Below, one piece after another: positions 10,142-19,839 of a DNA stretch of 64,000 nucleotides (within the stretch, counting starts at the first letter, position 1; every line of letters starts with the position of its first letter). The DNA lies in assembly GCA_963734535.1 (NCBI GenBank), contig CAVTHS010000004.1, positions 96,001 through 160,000 on the forward strand. Reading direction: 5' to 3'. The DNA is from an uncultured Chloroflexia bacterium (lineage in GTDB: Bacteria; Chloroflexota; Limnocylindria; Limnocylindrales; CSP1-4). The notes beneath the pieces were generated by a model. That model did not search any database and was not told where the DNA came from. It was given only the letters and a program-made list of their open reading frames with translations. The position numbers and the translations under genes are program-made.

Positions 10142-10843
10142 ATGCAGGACGACCTCGACGCGCTCGCCGCGGAGATCGCCGCGTGCCGCGCGTGCCCGCG
10201 CCTCGTGGCGTGGCGCGAGGATGCGGCTGGGAACCCGCCGGCACGGTTCCGTGGCGAGCCGTACTGGGCGCGGCCGGTCCCCGGCTGGGGAGACGCCGCG
10301 GCCCGGATCGTGCTCATCGGGCTGGCTCCGGCCGCGCACGGCGGCAATCGCACCGGCCGCGTCTTCACGGGCGACCGTTCCGGGGATTTCCTGTTCGCCG
10401 CGCTCCACCGGGCCGGGCTCGCGAACCAGGCAACCTCGACCCGGACGGGCGACGGCCTCCGGCTCTCTGGCGCCTACGTGACCGCCGCCGTGCGATGCGC
10501 GCCGCCGGCCAACGCACCCACGCCGGAGGAACGCGACCGCTGCGCGCCGTTCCTGCACCGAGAGCTCGCCCTGCTGGCCGACGCACGGGTGATCGTCGCG
10601 CTCGGCGCGTTCGGCTGGGCCGCGGCGCTCCGCGCGATCGAGGCCATCGGCGCTCCGATGCCGCGCCCGCTGCCGCGCTTCGGCCACGGCGTTGAGGTGG
10701 TCGCCGGCCCCTACACGCTCCTCGGCACGTTCCACCCGAGCCAGCAGAACACGTTCACCGGCCGCCTGACCGCCGCCATGCTCGACGCGGTCCTGGCGCG
10801 AGCGGTCGCGCTGGCGGGCGCAGCCCGCGGCGACCTCCGGTAG
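10142..10843 (+). CDS. Uracil-DNA glycosylase family 5 (UdgB-like, Fe-S)
   Basis: CxxCPRL, '[19 protein letters not shown]', 'HPSQQN'. Confidence 0.92.
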   Translation: MQDDLDALAAEIAACRACPRLVAWREDAAGNPPARFRGEPYWARPVPGWGDAAARIVLIGLAPAAHGGNRTGRVFTGDRSGDFLFAALHRAGLANQATSTRTGDGLRLSGAYVTAAVRCAPPANAPTPEERDRCAPFLHRELALLADARVIVALGAFGWAAALRAIEAIGAPMPRPLPRFGHGVEVVAGPYTLLGTFHPSQQNTFTGRLTAAMLDAVLARAVALAGAARGDLR

Positions 10844-10854
10844 CCTTCCCGGTC

Positions 10855-11355
10855 ATGAGCACCAGCGTCCCCGGCCGAACCGGCCGCGTCAACCAGGTCA
10901 ACGTCTCGAGGGGCGGTGTGCCGAAGCTGCCCGTGGCCGGCACGCAGGTGCGCCGACTCGGCCTCGACGGCGACGGGCACACGGAACCCGAGCCGATCCA
11001 TGGCGGTGAGCCGCAGGCCGTCTCGCTCTACTGCGTCGAAGCGATCGCACGGGTCGCCGCCGATGGCCACCAGGCGTTCCCTGGCGCGTACGGCGAGAAC
11101 CTGACGCTCGAAGGCATCGAGTGGTCGAGCCTCGGCCCGGGCGACCGCCTCGCGATCGGCGCTGGGGGCCTTCTCGTCGAGCTCACGAAACACGCGGCGC
11201 CGTGCCAGACGATCGCCCACTGGTTCGTCGATCGGCAGATCGCGCGCATCAGCCCGAAGATTCACCCCGAGGATGCGCGCTGGTACGCGCGGGTGATCGT
11301 CGAGGGCCCGGTCGCGACCGGTGACGCGGTCGAGGTGATCGCGGCGACCGGGTAG
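10855..11355 (+). CDS. MOSC domain protein
   Basis: 'GGVPK', 'HGG..QAV', 'GAYGENL', 'PC', 'YARVIVEGPVATGD'. Confidence 0.9.
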   Translation: MSTSVPGRTGRVNQVNVSRGGVPKLPVAGTQVRRLGLDGDGHTEPEPIHGGEPQAVSLYCVEAIARVAADGHQAFPGAYGENLTLEGIEWSSLGPGDRLAIGAGGLLVELTKHAAPCQTIAHWFVDRQIARISPKIHPEDARWYARVIVEGPVATGDAVEVIAATG

Positions 11356-11549
11356 GCCCGCGGATCGACCCTGGGCCCGGAGAGCCTCGGCGGCGACCGC
11401 GGCGACGGTAGGCTCCCGGCAACCACGGCGACTGCGGCGACGGCGGCGGCCGCCGCGACCTCGGCCACCGAGGCGACGAGCACCCTCGCCTCCCGCCAGT
11501 CGCGGCGGCACCGCCCCGGTAACGGAAGTCTCACCATGGCCTGGCGGCT

Positions 11550-12452
11550 TCACAATCGCGCGAAACGCACCCCATAGAGCTCGACGAGCAGGTGCTCGCC
11601 AGCGGTCGCCAGGATGCCGACGCGGGCGGTCGGGTCGGCGGGCCCCGATCCCGTTCCCGATGCCGATCCCATGCCCGATGCCGGCCCGGACCCGGATTCC
11701 AGCCCGGGCTCGGTCCCGGCCGCGCGGCCAGACCCGGCCATGCCTCCCGCGGCGGCCATGGCTCCCGAGGCGGGCGCCGCTGTCGCTGCTACGAGCCGGA
11801 TCGATTGGTCGCCGACGAGCGCCTCCAGCTCGCCCGGACCGGCGGCGGGTGCCGGGCGAAATGCGAGACCGATGGTCCTCGCGAATGCCACTGCGACGTC
11901 GGCGGGCCGCGCGACGGCCAGCTCGAGCCCCACGATCCGCGCCCGTCCGCCGAACGGGTGGACGAAGGCGGCGCGCGCCTGGCGCGCCTCGTCGCTCCAC
12001 TCGGGGCCGCCCGGCTCGTGCTCGATCAGGAAGGGCGGCCGCTCGGAGGCCAGGGGCGGCGCGATCGCCACGTGCCAGCGAACCACGCCGCCATCCGGAC
12101 GGACTCGCTCGCCGGGCTGCGCGTCGCCGATCGACGAGCCGGCCTCTCGGAGCACCGCCGCTTCTCGACGCGCGTCGTCCGTCGCGATCGCCCACGTGAC
12201 GAGGCCGGGCGTCCCCGCGTCGAGGGCGGCGAGCGCGGCAGCCCCGATGGGGTTCGCGGTCGCACGGGCCCGATCCCAGACGCCGATCAGCTCGAGGTAC
12301 GTGTCGCCCAGGAAGATGAGCCGATTGAACGTGCCCGCATTCTCGTGGCGGCCGCCACCCGTGGCGGCGAGCCCGAGCGCTGCCTCGAGGTCGGCCGCGG
12401 CGGCATCCGGATCCGCAACGGCGATCACGAGGTGGTCGATGCCAAGCAGCAT
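11550..12452 (-). CDS. VOC/glyoxalase-like family protein
   Basis: 'IDHLVIAV..GGRH..GTFNRLI..YLELI', 'RPDG..VRW', 'PPFLIE'. Confidence 0.85.
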   Translation of the reverse strand: MLLGIDHLVIAVADPDAAAADLEAALGLAATGGGRHENAGTFNRLIFLGDTYLELIGVWDRARATANPIGAAALAALDAGTPGLVTWAIATDDARREAAVLREAGSSIGDAQPGERVRPDGGVVRWHVAIAPPLASERPPFLIEHEPGGPEWSDEARQARAAFVHPFGGRARIVGLELAVARPADVAVAFARTIGLAFRPAPAAGPGELEALVGDQSIRLVAATAAPASGAMAAAGGMAGSGRAAGTEPGLESGSGPASGMGSASGTGSGPADPTARVGILATAGEHLLVELYGVRFARL

Positions 12453-12570
12453 CCGCGCAGCGTACCCGGCCGAGCGTGCCGCAGGCGCCCAGGGGTCACG
12501 CCACGCGGCCCGAGACCCCGTGCCCTTCGGCCCATTGACGAACCCGTGACCCGGAGGCCACCCTCGGAGC

Positions 12571-13029
12571 ATGTTCATGCGTCTCCGCCGGGTCCACCCG
12601 GCGCTCATCCTCATTGCGCTCGACCTGTTCGGTCTCGCGGTCGCCTCCTACCTGTCCGTCGTCGAGCTCGGCGGCGGCGTCCCCGTCTGCGGCCCGATCA
12701 AGGGCTGCGAGATCGTGGCGACGTCCCAGTACAGCCGAATCAACGGCATCCCCGTGGCCGTGTTCGGGGTCGGCCTCAGCCTGATCCTGCTTGTCGCCGC
12801 AATCGGCTGGTGGAGGACGGGTGATCGACGCCTGCTCGCGACCCACTACGGGTTCAGCCTGGTCGGCGTGACGTTCGAGGCCTACTTCACGTACCTCCAG
12901 GTCTTCGTGATCGACGCCATCTGCGTCTGGTGCGCGTCGTACGGGATCAGCCTGGTCCTCCGGTTCCTCGTCGCGCTCTGGGTCTGGGTGCGCCGGGATC
13001 GAATGGCGACCCAGGCAACCGGCTGGTAG
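12571..13029 (+). CDS. Vitamin K epoxide reductase (VKOR) family membrane protein
   Basis: Loop C..C ('VCGPIKGC'), 'S.YS..GIP', CxxC ('ICVWC'), four TM segments. Confidence 0.9.
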   Translation: MFMRLRRVHPALILIALDLFGLAVASYLSVVELGGGVPVCGPIKGCEIVATSQYSRINGIPVAVFGVGLSLILLVAAIGWWRTGDRRLLATHYGFSLVGVTFEAYFTYLQVFVIDAICVWCASYGISLVLRFLVALWVWVRRDRMATQATGW

Positions 13030-13080
13030 CGGCAGCGGTCCGTGCGTCCGCCCGGGGAACGCCCGACCTCGCGAGAACCT

Positions 13081-13228
13081 GCGGAATCGCACGTCATCTG
13101 AACACCGGCGCCGGCCGGAGCATCGCGGCAGCCGGCACCTTGCGGTTCGGGTCGCCGTCCCGCGGGCGCGAGGTGGTCATCCCGAGCGCAGCCCGTCCCG
13201 GGAGTGTTGACTTCACGTGCAATTCCGC
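13081..13228. repeat. Intergenic imperfect inverted repeat with 25-bp arms
   Basis: GCGGAATCGCACGTCATCTGAACAC versus reverse complement of 13204-13228 (GCGGAATTGCACGTGAAGTCAACAC), 20/25 identical. Confidence 0.65.
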
Positions 13229-13366
13229 GCGAATGGACGGTCGATCGCCACCGCGAGCAGCGGTCCGGGATCCTCGATATGAGCGCGATTGCCCGCCCGC
13301 CCGACCGGCCGCCCAGGCGCGCCCGCCCGACTCGCGTGCCGCGCGCTCCTGCTACGATCCGGCCGC

Positions 13367-13882
13367 ATGGACGGCGTGGTGCTCGTGCTCAACCAGAACT
13401 ACGAGCCGCTGAACGTCTGCAACGTGCCCCGGGCATTCCGCCTCGTCTTCGGGTTCAAGGCGGAGGTCGTGGAGTACGACCACCAGACGTTCCGGACGCC
13501 TCGCGCCGCCTACCGTGCGCCGTCGGTGATCCGCCTCCAGCACCAGGTCCGCAGGCCCCGTCCGCGCGTCAAGCTCAGCCGTCGCGAGGTCTTCGCCCGC
13601 GACCACCACACCTGCCAGTACTGCGGGCGCCAGGGCAACGACCTCACGCTCGACCACGTGGTCCCGCGTCACCGCGGCGGTCTCCACACGTGGGAGAACC
13701 TGGCGACCGCCTGCCGCACCTGCAACCACCGAAAGGGCGGCCGCACCCCCGAGGAGGCCCGCTTTCGCCTGCTGCGCCCACCGTTCGAGCCGCGGAGTGA
13801 CGTGTACTCGATCTTCACCCCGTTCCTGGCGGACGTCCGGAACGAGCCCTGGCGCGACTACCTCTTCCTCGGCAAGAATTGA
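13367..13882 (+). CDS. HNH endonuclease
   Basis: 'VLVLNQNYEPL', 'RD..CQYCG', 'TLDHVVPR..GG..WENL..C..CN..KG'. Confidence 0.92.
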   Translation: MDGVVLVLNQNYEPLNVCNVPRAFRLVFGFKAEVVEYDHQTFRTPRAAYRAPSVIRLQHQVRRPRPRVKLSRREVFARDHHTCQYCGRQGNDLTLDHVVPRHRGGLHTWENLATACRTCNHRKGGRTPEEARFRLLRPPFEPRSDVYSIFTPFLADVRNEPWRDYLFLGKN

Positions 13883-15510
13883 CGCCGCCCGAGCCCGCTG
13901 CCGGGGCAGACGCACCAGAAGGACCAGCGCCGGCGGCCGACTCGCCGCTCGAGGCAGGGGCAACGGCCGATCCGTCGCCCGGTCCGCGCGACCCGATCCC
14001 GGCCGCCGTGCGCGCCATCGCGGCGACGCTCCGGACCGCCGGTCACGAAGCGCATCTCGTGGGCGGCTGCGTGCGCGACCTCCTGCGCGGCGTCGAGCCC
14101 GCCGACTGGGACCTGACCACGAACGCGCGACCGGAGCAGGTCGTCGCGCTCTTCCCGGGCGCTCGGTACGAGAACCGGTTCGGGACGGTCGAGATCGACG
14201 AGGACGGCGGGACCTACGAGGTCACGACCTACCGGCACGACGGCCCGTACACCGACCACCGCCGGCCGGATGCCGTCATGTTCGGTGAGCGGCTCGACGA
14301 CGACCTGGCGCGGCGGGACTTCACGGTGAACGCGATGGCGCTCGACGTGGGCGCGGGGGCCGGGGTCGAATCGCGCCCAGGGCCCGGCGCGGAACCCGGG
14401 TCGGCAGAACCGGGGGGCGAGCCCGGCACGGACGACAGCCCGGAACACGTGGCCGGACCCCGTGGGATCCATGACCCGTTCGGCGGACGGGCCGACCTCG
14501 CCGCGAGGCTCCTGCGGGCAGTCGGCGATCCCGGGGCACGGTTCCGCGAGGACTCGCTGCGCATGCTGCGCGCGGTCCGGTTTGCGGCGACGCTCGGCTT
14601 CGCCGTGGAGGAGCGAACGCTCGCGGCGATCGAGGCGAACGCGCCGCTCGCGGGCTCTCTCTCCGGCGAGCGGGTGCTCGCCGAGCTGCTCACGCTGCTC
14701 ACGGCACCCGTGCCCTCCGTCGGGCTGCGGCTCGCGCAGGCGACCGGCCTCCTTGCGGCGATCGCCCCGGAGCTGGCCCGGCAGCGGGGCGTGCCGCAGG
14801 GCAAGGTGCCCGGCGAGGATCTCTGGGACCACACCTGCAGAACGGTGGACGCCGCGCCCCGGCCGCGGCCCGACGAGCCGCCGCTGCTCCGCCTTGCGGC
14901 GCTGCTCCACGACGTCGGCAAGCCCGCGACCTTCGCGGACGGCCACTTCGTGGGCCACGACGCCGTCGGCGCATCGCTCAGCGAGGCATGGCTCACGGAG
15001 CTCCACGCGCCGCGGTTCCTGACGGCTGACACCGCGAACCTGGTCCGCCACCACATGTTCGCCTACGACGAGAGCTGGACCGACGCGGCCGTGCGCCGAT
15101 TCATTCGTCGCTGCGGCGCGACCGCCGTCGACGACCTCCTGGACCTGCGTGCGGCCGACAACGTCGGGAGCGGGCTCGCGGCGGAGGTCGACGGCCTGGA
15201 ATCGCTGCGGGCGCGATGCCACGAGCAGCTGGAGGCGCGCGTGGCGCTGGACCTGTCCGGCCTCGCTGTCGACGGCGACGACCTGATGAAGGCCCTCGAC
15301 ATCCCCCCCGGGCCGGCGGTGGGCGGTCTCCTCGATCGCCTGTTGGAGATGGTGGTCCTCGACCCGATGCTCAACGACCGTTCGCGTCTGCTTACCATGG
15401 CGCGTGAGCTCGTGGCGCCCGGCATCGTCGCGCCCGGGAACGAGACACTCGGTGGCGGGGATGCCGGTGGCGGGGATGCCGGCGCCTCGGACGACATGGG
15501 GACGGCGTGA
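13879..15510 (+). CDS. cca: tRNA nucleotidyltransferase (CCA-adding class II) with HD domain
   Basis: 'VGGCVRD..DWD', 'DLARRDFTVNAMA', 'EDSLRMLRAVRF', 'LLHDVGK'. Confidence 0.88.
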   Translation: MTPPEPAAGADAPEGPAPAADSPLEAGATADPSPGPRDPIPAAVRAIAATLRTAGHEAHLVGGCVRDLLRGVEPADWDLTTNARPEQVVALFPGARYENRFGTVEIDEDGGTYEVTTYRHDGPYTDHRRPDAVMFGERLDDDLARRDFTVNAMALDVGAGAGVESRPGPGAEPGSAEPGGEPGTDDSPEHVAGPRGIHDPFGGRADLAARLLRAVGDPGARFREDSLRMLRAVRFAATLGFAVEERTLAAIEANAPLAGSLSGERVLAELLTLLTAPVPSVGLRLAQATGLLAAIAPELARQRGVPQGKVPGEDLWDHTCRTVDAAPRPRPDEPPLLRLAALLHDVGKPATFADGHFVGHDAVGASLSEAWLTELHAPRFLTADTANLVRHHMFAYDESWTDAAVRRFIRRCGATAVDDLLDLRAADNVGSGLAAEVDGLESLRARCHEQLEARVALDLSGLAVDGDDLMKALDIPPGPAVGGLLDRLLEMVVLDPMLNDRSRLLTMARELVAPGIVAPGNETLGGGDAGGGDAGASDDMGTA

Positions 15511-15905
15511 TCGAGCAGCTCCTCCGGGCGGAGAACGCGCTCGCCCTCGGCCTTCTCGACCAGGCCGAGCAGATCTACGCGCAGACGTTGGCCCATGACC
15601 CCGCGAATGCGATCGCGGTCGTGGGACTCTCGCGCGTCGCCCTCGAGCGCGGCGACGAACGCGCGTCCCTGGACCTCGCCCGGCGCGCCCTCTCGATCGA
15701 CCCGGAGAACGCGCAGGCGGGCCGGATGGCCGATCGGCTCGAGGAGGTCATGCGCGAGCGCGGGGACGCGGTCCCGCCAGCGGCGATCCTGCGGGTAGTC
15801 ATCGGATCCTCGGCGATCCCGCACACCGATTCTCCGACGAGGGCCGCCGAGCCCGTCGCGGCACCGAAACGCGGCTTCCTGCGCCGCCTCACCGGGAGAT
15901 CCTGA
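15507..15905 (+). CDS. Tetratricopeptide repeat protein
   Basis: 'AEQIYAQTLAHDPAN', 'ARRALSIDPEN'; overlaps the cca stop (GTGA). Confidence 0.75.
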   Translation: MIEQLLRAENALALGLLDQAEQIYAQTLAHDPANAIAVVGLSRVALERGDERASLDLARRALSIDPENAQAGRMADRLEEVMRERGDAVPPAAILRVVIGSSAIPHTDSPTRAAEPVAAPKRGFLRRLTGRS

Positions 15906-15906
15906 G

Positions 15907-16935
15907 ATGCGCGTGCTCGTCACCGGCGGCGCCGGCTACGTCGGCTCGATCTCGGTCGAGGCGCTCGTCGCGGCGGGCCACGAGGTGGTGGTCCTCGACG
16001 ACCTCTCCACGGGGCACCGGGACGCGCTCCCGGATGGCGTCCGCCTCGTGCAGGGCAGCTACGGCGATGGGGCGGCGGTCGCGTCGCTGCTCGCGAGCTC
16101 GCCGATCGACGCGGTCCTCCACTGCGCGGCACGCTCGCTCGTCGGCGAGTCGATCGCGAACCCGGCGCTCTACTACCGCGAGAACGTGGCGGGGGGCGTC
16201 GCCTTCCTGGAGGCGCTTCGCGTGGCGGGCATCCGCCGCCTGGTCTTCAGCTCGACCGCCGCGGTCTACGGGACGCCGGCCAGCATCCCGATCCGCGAGG
16301 ACGCGGTGCTTGCCCCGATCAACCCGTATGGGGAGACGAAGCGGACGTTCGAGGGTGGCCTTCGCTGGTACGCGGCTGCCTACGGAGTGCGGAGCGTGAG
16401 CCTGCGCTACTTCAACGTTGCCGGCGCGTCCGAACGCAACGGCGAGGTTCACGTACCGGAAACGCATCTCATCCCCAACGTGCTGGCCGCGGCCGATGGG
16501 CATGCCGCGCTCACCGTGTTCGGCACCGACTACCCGACGCCCGACGGAACGTGCGTTCGCGATTACCTGCACGTGGAGGACCTCGCGCGCGCCCACGTGC
16601 TCGCGCTCGAGGCCACGGCGCCGGACGATCTGCGCACGGCCGCGAATCCCAGCCTGCCCGGGGAAGATGTCGGTGCGGCGGCGCTCACCATCAACCTGGG
16701 GAATGGGGGCGGCTTCAGCGTCCGCGAGGTGCTCGCGGCGGCCGAGGCCGTCGTCGGTCGCCCGATCCCGCACGCGATCGGCGAGCGGCGCGCGGGCGAT
16801 CCCCCGGTGCTCGTGGCCGATGCCAGCCGCGCGGGCGAGATCCTCGGCTGGCGGGCCGAGCATCCCGACATCATCGAGATCGTCCGGTCCGCGTGGGCGT
16901 GGCGCGCGGCCCACCCGGACGGCTATCGCGCCTGA
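15907..16935 (+). CDS. galE: UDP-glucose 4-epimerase
   Basis: 'TGGAGYVG', YxxxK (YGETK), 'LRYFNVAGA', 'DGTCVRDYLH'. Confidence 0.95.
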   Translation: MRVLVTGGAGYVGSISVEALVAAGHEVVVLDDLSTGHRDALPDGVRLVQGSYGDGAAVASLLASSPIDAVLHCAARSLVGESIANPALYYRENVAGGVAFLEALRVAGIRRLVFSSTAAVYGTPASIPIREDAVLAPINPYGETKRTFEGGLRWYAAAYGVRSVSLRYFNVAGASERNGEVHVPETHLIPNVLAAADGHAALTVFGTDYPTPDGTCVRDYLHVEDLARAHVLALEATAPDDLRTAANPSLPGEDVGAAALTINLGNGGGFSVREVLAAAEAVVGRPIPHAIGERRAGDPPVLVADASRAGEILGWRAEHPDIIEIVRSAWAWRAAHPDGYRA

Positions 16936-17137
16936 CCCCGAGCCGGTCATTGCGCGAGCGACCCGAACGCACCCGCGGCATCCCTGCAACCGAATCGAAA
17001 CGGAAGCGCGTCCCGGGTGTCACTGACCAGGACGCAGGGCTGCAGGTACGGTCATCCTCCCGGGACGCTGTCCCCGGCGGCAGGCCTGCTGGCCGCGTCG
17101 CTGTCCTGCGGGCCACCGCCCAGCTGAGGACGAACCC

Positions 17138-17389
17138 ATGAGCGCACTCGACCTGCAGGCCTCCATCTCCTCCCACCTGCGCATGCCCCGCCAGGTTGCC
17201 GTCGCGAGCCGGCTCGAGACCGGCACCGTCGTCTGTGACGCCTGTGGCTGCCGCCTGACCACCCGCGACAGCGTCGACGACAGCGGATTCGGCGGCGCTC
17301 GCACCTGGTGGCACTTCGCCGGCCACGCGGGTCGCGACGCCCGCGGGTGCACGGTCGATTGCGTGGAGATGGCCCACCGCCTCGCCTGA
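17138..17389 (+). CDS. Small Cys/His-rich putative zinc-binding protein
   Basis: CxxCxC..H..CxxxC..H pattern; GAGG RBS upstream; GC3-rich codons. Confidence 0.65.
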   Translation: MSALDLQASISSHLRMPRQVAVASRLETGTVVCDACGCRLTTRDSVDDSGFGGARTWWHFAGHAGRDARGCTVDCVEMAHRLA

Positions 17390-17577
17390 ACCCGGGCCGG
17401 TGTTCGGCCCGTCACACGTCCTCGAGCGAACCCTGGACGCCCCGGACCTTCCTGGCCGGGGCGTTCGTGTGCTCCACGCGGGCACTCCGCCGTGCGCCCG
17501 GCACCCGTCGCGCCGGGTTGAGCTCGCGCGCGGGCAATCCGCCGGGGTCGCGATGACCGGCGCGTATGATCGCGGCC

Positions 17578-18282
17578 ATGAAGCCAGAACCGCGCGCGTT
17601 GCGCCCGCAGGCATTCGGGAATCGTCGCGTCAGGGATGTTGCGGATCCGGTGATCGAACCAGCCTGGGATGGCGTCCGGGTCCTTGCCCATCTCGACGTC
17701 GCAGCGGCACGGGCGGCGATCCGCGATTCGAGCGGCGACGACCTGACCCGGGACCACGCGCCGATCGCCCGCGCGCTGCTCGCCGCGCTCACCGCGGACA
17801 GCGCCATCGTCGATGGCTACCTCACCGACCAGGCGACGCGCGCAAGCGAGGGTCGCGCGATCGTGACGAGCGAGATCCCGTCGCTCAGCGAGCATGCGAG
17901 CCAGTTCTTCCTGGGCCGGCAGGGCTCCGAGCTGCTGGGCGGACGCGGCCGTCCTGGCCGAACCGACCTTGGCCGGGCGGCCGACGAGCAGGAGCGGCTC
18001 GAGGACGCGCCGGTCGCGTTCGTCGCCGTCGACCTGGTCGAGCTCGATGGCGTGCCCTTGTTCGAGATCCCGCTCCTGGAGCGCAAGCGGCTCCTGGAGA
18101 GCGCGCTCGGGGAGGGCGACCTCGTGCGCCGGACTCCGTACGTTCGCGAGCCGGCCGGCACGTTCATCATCACCTGGCGTTCGTTCGGCTTCGGCGGCCT
18201 CGCCTACAAGGCCGCGAACAGCCGCTACCTCCCCGGCAGCGCCAACGACGACTGGTGCATGACGCCGATGCCGCGCCGCTGA
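17578..18282 (+). CDS. ATP-dependent DNA ligase adenylation-domain homolog lacking catalytic residues (pseudo-ligase)
   Basis: 'EPAWDGVR', 'IVDGY', 'VDLVELDG..PLLERKRLLE', 'GGLAYK..SRYLPG..W'; TATGAT -10 lies 7 nt before ATG 17578. Confidence 0.8.
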   Translation: MKPEPRALRPQAFGNRRVRDVADPVIEPAWDGVRVLAHLDVAAARAAIRDSSGDDLTRDHAPIARALLAALTADSAIVDGYLTDQATRASEGRAIVTSEIPSLSEHASQFFLGRQGSELLGGRGRPGRTDLGRAADEQERLEDAPVAFVAVDLVELDGVPLFEIPLLERKRLLESALGEGDLVRRTPYVREPAGTFIITWRSFGFGGLAYKAANSRYLPGSANDDWCMTPMPRR

Positions 18283-18393
18283 CGATGGCGGCCGGCGCCG
18301 AGGACCGCGACCGGCGCTTGTAGCCGCGGCGGTCGAGCCGGATCGCGACCGCCTCGCCGCGGACGATCCCGGCCGTCGTGGTACGGTGCGTCC

Positions 18394-19839
18394 GTGCCCG
18401 CTTCCCTCCTGACCCCGGCCATCTCGGCCGAGCTCCAGCGCCTGGGACACGCCGACATCATGGTCGGCATTCCCAGCTTCAAGAACGCGGCGACGATCGG
18501 CCATGTCGTGCGCGCCGCGCAGGCCGGGCTGGTCCAGTACTTCCCGGACCTTCGGCCCCTGCTCGTGAACGCGGATGCCGGGTCGCCTGACGGGACGCAG
18601 CGCGTCGTCGCGGAGACGGAGCCGCCCGACTACGTCGAGCGGATCCTGCTCGTGCGACCCACCAACCGCCTCGAGCGCCTGACCCTGACCTATCCCGAGG
18701 TGAACGGGATCGGCGGCAAGGGGGCGGCGCTTCACACGATCTTCGAGATCGCGGCCGCGCTCGAGGTCCGCGCGCTCGTGGTGGTCGACTCCGACCTTCG
18801 CTCGATCGGCCCTGAATGGGTCGAGCTCCTCTCGGGGCCGATCCTCAAGGGCGGCTTCGATTTCGTCACGCCGCTCTACGCGCGTCACAAGTACGACGGC
18901 ACGATCACGAACACGGTCACCTACCCGCTCACCCGGGCGCTCTACGGCCGGCGGATCCGACAGCCGATCGGGGGCGACTTCGGGGTGTCCGGCGATCTCG
19001 TCCGCCACTACCTCGCCCAGGAGGACTGGACCCCGGAGGTGAGCCGTTTCGGGATCGACATCTGGATGACGACCCACGCGCTCACCGGCGGCTTCGCCGT
19101 CTGCGAGGCGCGACTCGGCGCGAAGATCCACGACCCGAAGGACCCCTCGGGTGACCTTGGGCCGATGTTCCGCCAGGTCGTCGGGACGATCCTCGCCATG
19201 GCCGGCCGCCACCCCGAGGCCTGGCTCGACGTCCACGCCAGCCACGAGATCCCGGCCTACGGCTTCGAGCGCTGGGTCGAGCCCACCCCGCTCCACGTCA
19301 ACACGCTGCGCCTGCTCTCCGAGTTCGACGCCGGGCGGCTGACGCTCGCGCCGACGTGGCGAGCCATGCTCGCGCCGAACCATGCGAGCGCCGCCATCGA
19401 GATCTCGGAGGTTGCCGGGGAGCTTGCCGAGGCGGCCGCGAGGCGCCTCGGCCTGGGCGGCGAGGCCGGCCCGGACCACCCCGTCTCGACGGACGAGATG
19501 TCCGAGGCGGTTGCGCCCTACTGCTTCCCGGACGAGCTGTGGGCCGGCATCGTCTACGACCTGGTCGTCGCGGCGCACGCGAAGGTCCTGCCCCTGGAGA
19601 CGCTCGTGGCCGCGCTCGTCCCGCTCTATTTCGGGCGGGTCGGCAGCCTTATCGTGGAGGCCCGCCACATGGGCCAGGCCGACGCGGAGGAACGAGTGGA
19701 GCGCCAGGCGCGCGCCTTCGAGCTTCGCAAGCCGTATCTCGTCGAGCGCTGGAATGCGGCGGAGGAGGCGCGCATCGCGGCGGATGCGGCTGCCTTGGAT
19801 GCCTCGGCGAGCCTCCGCGCCGGCGAGGCCGCAGGGTGA
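18394..19839 (+). CDS. GT-A glycosyltransferase, glucosylglycerate/mannosylglycerate synthase-like
   Basis: 'VGIPSFKNAATI', 'DAGSPDGT', 'GKGAA', 'DSDLRSI', 'Y.RHKYDGTITN', 'RQPIGGDF', 'FGIDIWMT'. Confidence 0.8.
   Translation: MPASLLTPAISAELQRLGHADIMVGIPSFKNAATIGHVVRAAQAGLVQYFPDLRPLLVNADAGSPDGTQRVVAETEPPDYVERILLVRPTNRLERLTLTYPEVNGIGGKGAALHTIFEIAAALEVRALVVVDSDLRSIGPEWVELLSGPILKGGFDFVTPLYARHKYDGTITNTVTYPLTRALYGRRIRQPIGGDFGVSGDLVRHYLAQEDWTPEVSRFGIDIWMTTHALTGGFAVCEARLGAKIHDPKDPSGDLGPMFRQVVGTILAMAGRHPEAWLDVHASHEIPAYGFERWVEPTPLHVNTLRLLSEFDAGRLTLAPTWRAMLAPNHASAAIEISEVAGELAEAAARRLGLGGEAGPDHPVSTDEMSEAVAPYCFPDELWAGIVYDLVVAAHAKVLPLETLVAALVPLYFGRVGSLIVEARHMGQADAEERVERQARAFELRKPYLVERWNAAEEARIAADAAALDASASLRAGEAAG

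Noticed and set aside
13367-13882. HNH gene as a mobile homing endonuclease or defence system
   Set aside because: Common stand-alone type, coupled to cca in a housekeeping operon, with no intron or methylase context
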